Assembly: GCA_016867635.1 (NCBI GenBank)
Contig: VGJC01000003.1
Location: forward strand, 1 to 55,785
Origin: Candidatus Aminicenantes bacterium
GTDB lineage: Bacteria; Acidobacteriota; Aminicenantia; Aminicenantales; Saccharicenantaceae
Reading direction: 5' to 3'
DNA length: 55,785 nt
Made by a program: the position numbers and the translations under genes. This document shows positions 50,134 to 55,785 of this stretch, in pieces. Under the pieces are notes generated by a model that ran no database searches, had not been told where the DNA came from, and was given only the letters and a program-made list of their open reading frames with translations. The number at the start of each line of letters is the position of its first letter. The first letter of the stretch is position 1.

Positions 50134-51401
50134 AGGCGCCACGGGGCCCTCATGGGCTGGTCGATCAGGCGGTTGGCCTCTTCGTCACCGACGAAACGCT
50201 CGGCGGCCGGGTCGAAGCGCAGGTGCCGCCCGAGCTGGACAGCGATCTTGCCCAGGTTGACCAGGGTGCAGGAGCGGTGCCCGTTGCTCTCGTTGAGGGC
50301 GAATTTCCGCCGTGTCCGGACGGCCTCGGCGAAGTCCGTGAGCTGCGGCTCGGGATCGGGCAGCCCGTCCGCGATCTCCCGGAGGCGGGGAATGTCGGAC
50401 TCGAGCCCGGGGAAGATCCTGCCGCCCGGTCCTTCCAGGAAGGGCGCGTCCCTGTCCCTGTTCTCGCCGTCCAGGACGATGACGCAGCCGTCGGCGTACT
50501 TCATCTCGATCCGGCGCCAGGAGCCGCAAGCGTCGGGGTGCTGCTGAGGGCAGTCGGCCCAGACCTCGACCGGGCTGGTGTCGTCCTTGCCGAGGAGGTA
50601 CTGGACGGGATCGAGGTAATGCATGCCCATGTCCCCGAGACCGCCGCCGTCGTAGTCCCAGTAGCCGCGGAAGGTCCCGTGGACCCGGTGCGGATGGTAG
50701 GGCTTGTACGGGGCCGGGCCCAGCCAGAATTCATAGTCGAGCTCGGGCGGCACGGGCTCGGGAGGGAGGTTGGTCAGGCCGCTCCAGTAGAATTTCCAAT
50801 CGAACCCCGTGGCCGCGCTGACCGTCGCTTTCAGAGGCCAGCCGAGAAGCCCGCTTTGGACGACCTTCTTGACGGGCTTGACGGCCGTGCCGAACCCGTA
50901 GAAGCGGTCCTGGAACCGGAACCAGGTGTTGACCCGGAAGATCCGGCCCGTCCGCTCGACGGCCCGGACGACGGCCCGGCCCTCGGCGATCGTCCGGGTC
51001 ATGGGTTTCTCGCACCAGACGTCCTTGCCGGCCTCGGCGGCGGCGATCGAGATCGGGGCGTGCCAGTGGGGAGGCGTCGCGATGTGGACGATGTCGATAT
51101 CCGGGCGCTCCAGGACCTCGCGAAAATCCGTATAGGCCGCGACGCCGGGGCCGCAGGCCTCGACGGCGGCCGCGAGGTGGCCCCGGTCGACGTCGCAGAC
51201 GGCCCGGACGACGGCCCCGGGATAGAAGAGATGGCCGCGGCCCATGCCCCCGACGCCGACGACCGCCCTGGTCAGCGTGTCGCTCGGGGGGGTAAAGCCG
51301 GGGCCGCCCAGAAGGCGGCGGGGGACGATGGTCCACGCGGCCGCGGCGGTCGCGCCCGTCCGGATGAATCCGCGGCGGGAGAGGGGCTTGGGTTGGCGCA
51401 T
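50130..51401 (-). CDS. Tat-exported Gfo/Idh/MocA oxidoreductase
   Basis: SRRGFI Tat motif; GVGGMG, ATPPHWH, CEKP, WLGPAP, D.G.HYLD. Confidence 0.9.
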   Translation of the reverse strand: MRQPKPLSRRGFIRTGATAAAAWTIVPRRLLGGPGFTPPSDTLTRAVVGVGGMGRGHLFYPGAVVRAVCDVDRGHLAAAVEACGPGVAAYTDFREVLERPDIDIVHIATPPHWHAPISIAAAEAGKDVWCEKPMTRTIAEGRAVVRAVERTGRIFRVNTWFRFQDRFYGFGTAVKPVKKVVQSGLLGWPLKATVSAATGFDWKFYWSGLTNLPPEPVPPELDYEFWLGPAPYKPYHPHRVHGTFRGYWDYDGGGLGDMGMHYLDPVQYLLGKDDTSPVEVWADCPQQHPDACGSWRRIEMKYADGCVIVLDGENRDRDAPFLEGPGGRIFPGLESDIPRLREIADGLPDPEPQLTDFAEAVRTRRKFALNESNGHRSCTLVNLGKIAVQLGRHLRFDPAAERFVGDEEANRLIDQPMRAPWRL

Positions 51402-51541
51402 GAGAGGTCATTATATTAAAAAAATGCAAAGAGAGCACCGCCTTTCGGGAAGAATCCGCGGGGGCCGCAGTCTAAACGGACGAATGGCCAATTCGTTCGC
51501 CCTTTTTCACGCCCCACCTTCAGTTTTCTTCTCCCAATACG

Positions 51542-51700
51542 CGGAAGTCCTCTGTTCGGCTTGGCGATGGGTATCGCCCTTAGCCCCCCGGCCCCCCCGG
51601 GAACCTGTCCCGACGGTTCCCCCGTCGGAGGCCGACGGGTCCCCCTCCGCTACGGGGGTCGTCAGGGCGACACCCATCGCCGCCTCGCGACGGACTTCCG
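51542..51700. other. Multibranch stem-loop element in a divergent intergenic region (candidate structured RNA)
   Basis: Pairings 51542-50/51692-700 and 51563-80/51664-81 (17 of 18 bp), with two inner hairpins at 51599-51621 and 51621-51639. Confidence 0.55.
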
Positions 51701-51744
51701 GGAAATACTGGATGGAAGAAGCATCATCTATCAAGGAGGCCCCA

Positions 51745-53808
51745 TTGCGCTTGAAACAAGGAAACTCCGCGCTTCGCCGGGCGGTAGCCCTGCCGGTGTT
51801 CGCCGCGCTATGTCTGGCGATCGCGGCCGGCCCCGCCCGAGCCCAGGAATTCGCCAAGTACCGGAACTACGCGGAGCTGACCTCCGCTATCCAGGGCCTG
51901 GCCGGGACCTACAAGTCCCTGGCCCGCGTCTCGTCCATCGGCAAGACGCTCGGCGGCCGAGACATCTGGGTCCTGGAGATCGCCAACCCGGCGGGGGTCC
52001 CCGTCAAGGACAGGCCGGCCCTGCTCGTGGCCGCCACGTTCGAGGGCGACCACCTCGTCGGCGGCGAACTGGCCCTCTTCACGGCGGCCCACCTCCTCAA
52101 AAGCTACCCGGCCGACCCCGAGGTCAAGGACCGGCTCGACAACGCCGTCGTCTATGTCATCCCCCGGGTCAACCCCGACGGAGCGGAAGCGATGTTCGCC
52201 CCCGTCAAGACCGGACGGCGCACGAACGCCCGGCCTGTCGACGACGACAACGACGGCCGCGTCGACGAGGACGGCCCCGAGGACCTCAACAAGGACGGCT
52301 TCATCGCCGTCATGCGGGCCAAGGCCGCCGGCGGCGAGTACATGATCGACCCCGAGGAGCCCCGCCTGATGAAGAAGGCCGACCCGAAGAAAGGGGAGGC
52401 CGGCGGATACAAGCTCTATTGGGAGGGCATCGACAACGACAAGGACGGGTTCATCAACGAGGACCCGCCGGGCGGCGTCGACCTCAACCGGAACTTCATG
52501 CACGCCTACCCTTATTACCAGGCCGACGCCGGGCCGCACATGGCCAGCGAGATGGAGTCCCGGGCCCTGCTGGACTGGATCCTGACGCGCCGCCACGTCG
52601 CCGCCGTGCTGACGTTCGGCCACAGCGACAACCTCATCGTCCCGCCGACCTCGGCCGGGCGGCTTGGCCCGGCCCGCGAGCTCGACCTCGTCCGCTTCGC
52701 CGACGCGGCCAACGCCGGCGTCCGGAGCGTGGGCATGATCCAGACGGCGCCCGCTCTCGGGTTCGGGCGCAGGGGCATGGGCGAGTTTTCCTTCGAGATG
52801 CTCAGCCAATTGACGCAGGCGACGGCCGGGCCGGCGCAGGCCCAACCCGCCGACCGTTTCCGGATGCCGGATCGACGTCCGGCGACCACGGTCAACGCCG
52901 CCGATGTCGATTACTTCAAGTCCGCGAGCGACAAGTACATCGAACTGACGGGCATCCGGCAGCCCCTCCATGTCCGGGAACCGAAGGGCGCTTTCTTCGA
53001 GTACGGATACTATCAGTTCGGCATCCCGTCGTTCTCGACCCCGGGCTTCGGGACGGGTCCCGAAACGCCGGGCCAGAAGAGGATGCCGGGCGCCGCCCCG
53101 ATTGCCGGTGAAGCCCCGGGCCGCCCGGCCGGCCAGGAGCCCCGAGGCGGGGAGACGATGTCCATCATGGTCTCGGGCGGCGGGCAGGATGTCCTCCAGA
53201 TGATCCAATCCGGCCGCCGGACGGCGGCCGCCGGCGCGGCCCCCGGCGAGGGCGCCGCGCCCGTCCCGCCGGGGATCGACAAGCAGGTCCTTCGCTGGAT
53301 GGATTCCGAAAAGATCGACGGCTTCGTCCCCTGGACGAAGTTCCGCCATCCCGACCTCGGCGAGGTCGAGATCGGCGGGTTCAAACCGTACGCGGCCGTC
53401 AACCCGCCGGCGGAGAAGATCGCCGCGCTGGCGGCGGCCCATGCCAAGTTCGCCGTCCATCTCGCTTCGCTCTTCCCGCGGGTGAGGATCGCCGCGACCG
53501 AGGTCCTGAACCACGGCGGCGGGCTCTTCCGCGTCAAGGCCGAGATAGAGAACGCGGGATTCTGGCCCACGGCCCTGGCCCACGGCGTGGCCTCCCGGTC
53601 GGTCAAGCCGACCATGGTCCAGCTCGGCGTCGAGCCCGGGGAGGTCGTCTCGGGTCACGCCAAGACGGAGTTCTTCCAGGCCCTGGCCGGAAGCGGCGGC
53701 CGGGTCAAGTACGAATGGATCGTCCGCGGCAAGACGGGCCGGGTCGTGGAGCTCGTGGTGTCCTCCCAGAAGGGGGGGCGGGACTCGGTCCGGATCACCC
53801 TGAAGTAG
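51745..53808 (+). CDS. Secreted M14 carboxypeptidase-like protein with degenerate active site
   Basis: SIGKT..GRDI, P.VNPDG, DLNRNF and DxDxDG repeats; EGDH in place of HxxE. Start uncertain (51712, 51745 or 51751). Confidence 0.85.
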   Translation: MRLKQGNSALRRAVALPVFAALCLAIAAGPARAQEFAKYRNYAELTSAIQGLAGTYKSLARVSSIGKTLGGRDIWVLEIANPAGVPVKDRPALLVAATFEGDHLVGGELALFTAAHLLKSYPADPEVKDRLDNAVVYVIPRVNPDGAEAMFAPVKTGRRTNARPVDDDNDGRVDEDGPEDLNKDGFIAVMRAKAAGGEYMIDPEEPRLMKKADPKKGEAGGYKLYWEGIDNDKDGFINEDPPGGVDLNRNFMHAYPYYQADAGPHMASEMESRALLDWILTRRHVAAVLTFGHSDNLIVPPTSAGRLGPARELDLVRFADAANAGVRSVGMIQTAPALGFGRRGMGEFSFEMLSQLTQATAGPAQAQPADRFRMPDRRPATTVNAADVDYFKSASDKYIELTGIRQPLHVREPKGAFFEYGYYQFGIPSFSTPGFGTGPETPGQKRMPGAAPIAGEAPGRPAGQEPRGGETMSIMVSGGGQDVLQMIQSGRRTAAAGAAPGEGAAPVPPGIDKQVLRWMDSEKIDGFVPWTKFRHPDLGEVEIGGFKPYAAVNPPAEKIAALAAAHAKFAVHLASLFPRVRIAATEVLNHGGGLFRVKAEIENAGFWPTALAHGVASRSVKPTMVQLGVEPGEVVSGHAKTEFFQALAGSGGRVKYEWIVRGKTGRVVELVVSSQKGGRDSVRITLK

Positions 53809-53818
53809 GAGACGGAAC

Positions 53819-55636
53819 ATGAGATCGATGATCAATAGGGAACCCGCAAAGAAGAAAGCGGCGCGGCTGTTCTCCGCGCTTCTCCTTGGGGCCGCGGCGC
53901 TCGTCCTCCTGTCGCCCTCCTCGCTCGGCCAAAAGGCCTCCGACCCGCCGTTCAAGGTCAAGCTCGACTTCAACCGCTGGCACGACGTTCCCGAGCTCTA
54001 CGCGGACATGAAGAGGCTCGAGGCCGCCTTCCCGAAGTTCCTCAAGCTCCGGTCCATCGGCAAGAGCCACAACGGGCTGGACATCATGCTGATGACCGTC
54101 AACAACCCGGCCACGGGCCCGGAGACGAGCAAGGCCGCCATGTACATCGAGGCCAACATCCACGGCAACGAGATCCAGGGCGGCGAGGTCTGCCTGTACA
54201 CGATCTGGTACCTCATGGAGAACTACGGCCGCATCGCCGACATCACCCGCCTGGTCGACGAGCGGGTGTTCTACATCATCCCCACGGTCAATCCCGACGG
54301 CCGGCAGTACTTCATGGAGGGGCCGGGCGGCAACGCCCGCACGGGCCACGTCCCGGTCGACGACGACAACGACGGCCTGTTCGACGAGGACCCGCCCGAG
54401 GACATCAACGGCAACGGCGTCATCGAGCAGATCCGGACGCGCGTCCCCGGCCGCGGCACTCACCGGATCAGCCGCCTCGACCCGAACATCCTGGAGCCCG
54501 CGCCCTTCGGCGAGCCGGGCGACTACATCCTCCTCGGCACGGAGGGCATCGACAACGACGGCGACGGCCTGATCAACGAGGACGGGCCGGGAAGCTACGA
54601 TCCCAACCGGAACTGGGCCAGCGACTGGCAGCCCAATTACGTCCAGGGCGGGGCCATGGACTACCCCTTCCAGCTGCCCGAGACGCGGGCCGTCAACGAC
54701 TTCCTCATGGCCCACCCGAACATCGCCGGCGTCCAGAGCTACCACAACACCGGGGGCATGATCCTCCGCGGGCCGGGGGCCGAGCCCGCGGGCGAATACC
54801 CGATGTCCGACGTCCGCTTCTACGAGGAGCTCGGCCGCAGCGGCGAGCGCATCCTCCCGTTCTACCGCTACCTCGTCATCTGGAGCGGCCTCTACACCGT
54901 CCACGGCGGGTTCATCGACTGGACGAACGACGGGCTGGGGGTCATCTCGTTCTCCAACGAGCTCTGGAGCGGCGAGCAGTACTTCACCAGCCCGGCCCTC
55001 AAGGACCAGCAGAAGGACCCGTCGAGCCCGATCGCGCCCCAGGTGTCGCGCTATTTCTTCGACCGGCATCTCGAGTTCGGCGACCAGTTCGTCGAATGGA
55101 CGCCCTTCGACCATCCCCAGTACGGGAAGGTCGAGATGGGCGGCGTCTGGAAGAAGTTCCAGGGCCGGGTCCCGCCGCGGTTCATGAACGAGGAGCTCTG
55201 CCACCGCAACATGGCCTTCACACTTTACCAGGCCGACGAGATGCCGATCGTCAAGGTGGGCGGGGCGTCGGTCGAGGCCGTCGGCGGCGGGGTCTTCCGG
55301 GTCTTCGTCGACATCACCAATCCCAAGACGGCGCCGACGATCATGGCCAAGGCGGCCCAGAACGGCGTCGTCCGGCCCGACCTGCTGACCGTCGAGGGCC
55401 GGGGCGTCGAGGTCATCGCCGCCGGGTTCATCGACAACAAGGAGGTCTACAAGGTCCGGCCGTCCGTGACCCCGCTCATCGACCAGAAGGACCTCAAGCG
55501 CATCCTGGTCCGCAACGGCCACCCCGGAAAGACCGCGCGGACCATCATGTACCTCGTCAAGGGCTCGGGGGCCATGACCGTCAGCTACGACAGCGTCAAA
55601 GGAGGGAAGGCGAGCGCGACCGTCAACCTGCGCTGA
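53819..55636 (+). CDS. Secreted M14 zinc carboxypeptidase
   Basis: IHGNE, NPDG, NRNW, SYH, SNEL catalytic Glu; DxDxDG Ca-binding-like repeats. Confidence 0.9.
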   Translation: MRSMINREPAKKKAARLFSALLLGAAALVLLSPSSLGQKASDPPFKVKLDFNRWHDVPELYADMKRLEAAFPKFLKLRSIGKSHNGLDIMLMTVNNPATGPETSKAAMYIEANIHGNEIQGGEVCLYTIWYLMENYGRIADITRLVDERVFYIIPTVNPDGRQYFMEGPGGNARTGHVPVDDDNDGLFDEDPPEDINGNGVIEQIRTRVPGRGTHRISRLDPNILEPAPFGEPGDYILLGTEGIDNDGDGLINEDGPGSYDPNRNWASDWQPNYVQGGAMDYPFQLPETRAVNDFLMAHPNIAGVQSYHNTGGMILRGPGAEPAGEYPMSDVRFYEELGRSGERILPFYRYLVIWSGLYTVHGGFIDWTNDGLGVISFSNELWSGEQYFTSPALKDQQKDPSSPIAPQVSRYFFDRHLEFGDQFVEWTPFDHPQYGKVEMGGVWKKFQGRVPPRFMNEELCHRNMAFTLYQADEMPIVKVGGASVEAVGGGVFRVFVDITNPKTAPTIMAKAAQNGVVRPDLLTVEGRGVEVIAAGFIDNKEVYKVRPSVTPLIDQKDLKRILVRNGHPGKTARTIMYLVKGSGAMTVSYDSVKGGKASATVNLR

Positions 55637-55661
55637 AGACGGGCTCTGTCGGCTGCCGAGG

Positions 55662-55785
55662 GGCCTCGGGGATCGCCCTCGGTCGCTGCGGTGATTCCGG
55701 GCGCCTGCGAGCTGGCCGGTCTCGGCGGCTCGCGAAACTCGCGGGATCCAGACTAGCCCTCAGGATAGCAGGCTCGGACATCGCG
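55662..55785. repeat. Nested-palindrome repeat, copy 3 (truncated by window end)
   Basis: GGCCTCGGGGATCGCCCTCGGTCGCTGCGGTGATTCC...; matches the first ~124 bp of copies 1 and 2 with a few substitutions. Confidence 0.93.

Noticed and set aside
51542-51700. 6S RNA or tRNA identity for the structured element
   Set aside because: It lacks the large central unpaired bubble of 6S and the T-loop/anticodon geometry of tRNA; kept only as an unknown structure.

Overview
A 55.8-kb, GC-rich bacterial chromosomal segment. It is probably near the replication origin, since it starts with mnmG-parS-parA-parB. The gene content suggests a diderm, peptide- and sugar-fermenting lineage such as Ca. Aminicenantes/Acidobacteriota, but that is inference only. 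Most of the window is housekeeping: pyrG, PMM/ManC, aspS-hisS-accA, rlmB, a thyA-like gene, radC-recA-sod-phr, uvrA, mntP, menA, and secreted peptidases and a phosphatase. The most interesting part is an acetate-centred locus at about 33.1-42.9 kb. It contains an acpS + acetyl-CoA-synthetase-like ligase + stand-alone ACP + Kbl-type PLP enzyme operon, an ActP permease carrying a large insertion plus DUF485, and a divergent membrane protein fusing PHP phosphoesterase, Cache, PAS, CBS and DUF294 nucleotidyltransferase domains (a candidate one-component writer/eraser receptor). Other notable items are a three-copy ~213-bp nested-hairpin repeat that restarts head-to-tail, a second GGGGACATG...TGTCCCC palindrome family, a sigma54 promoter/UAS island driving a secreted protein plus a stand-alone Fis-HTH, a kinase-like membrane protein, a tandem M14 peptidase pair with one swapped-ligand partner, and an unexplained multibranch structured intergenic element. 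No rRNA, tRNA, CRISPR array or transposase was recognised.
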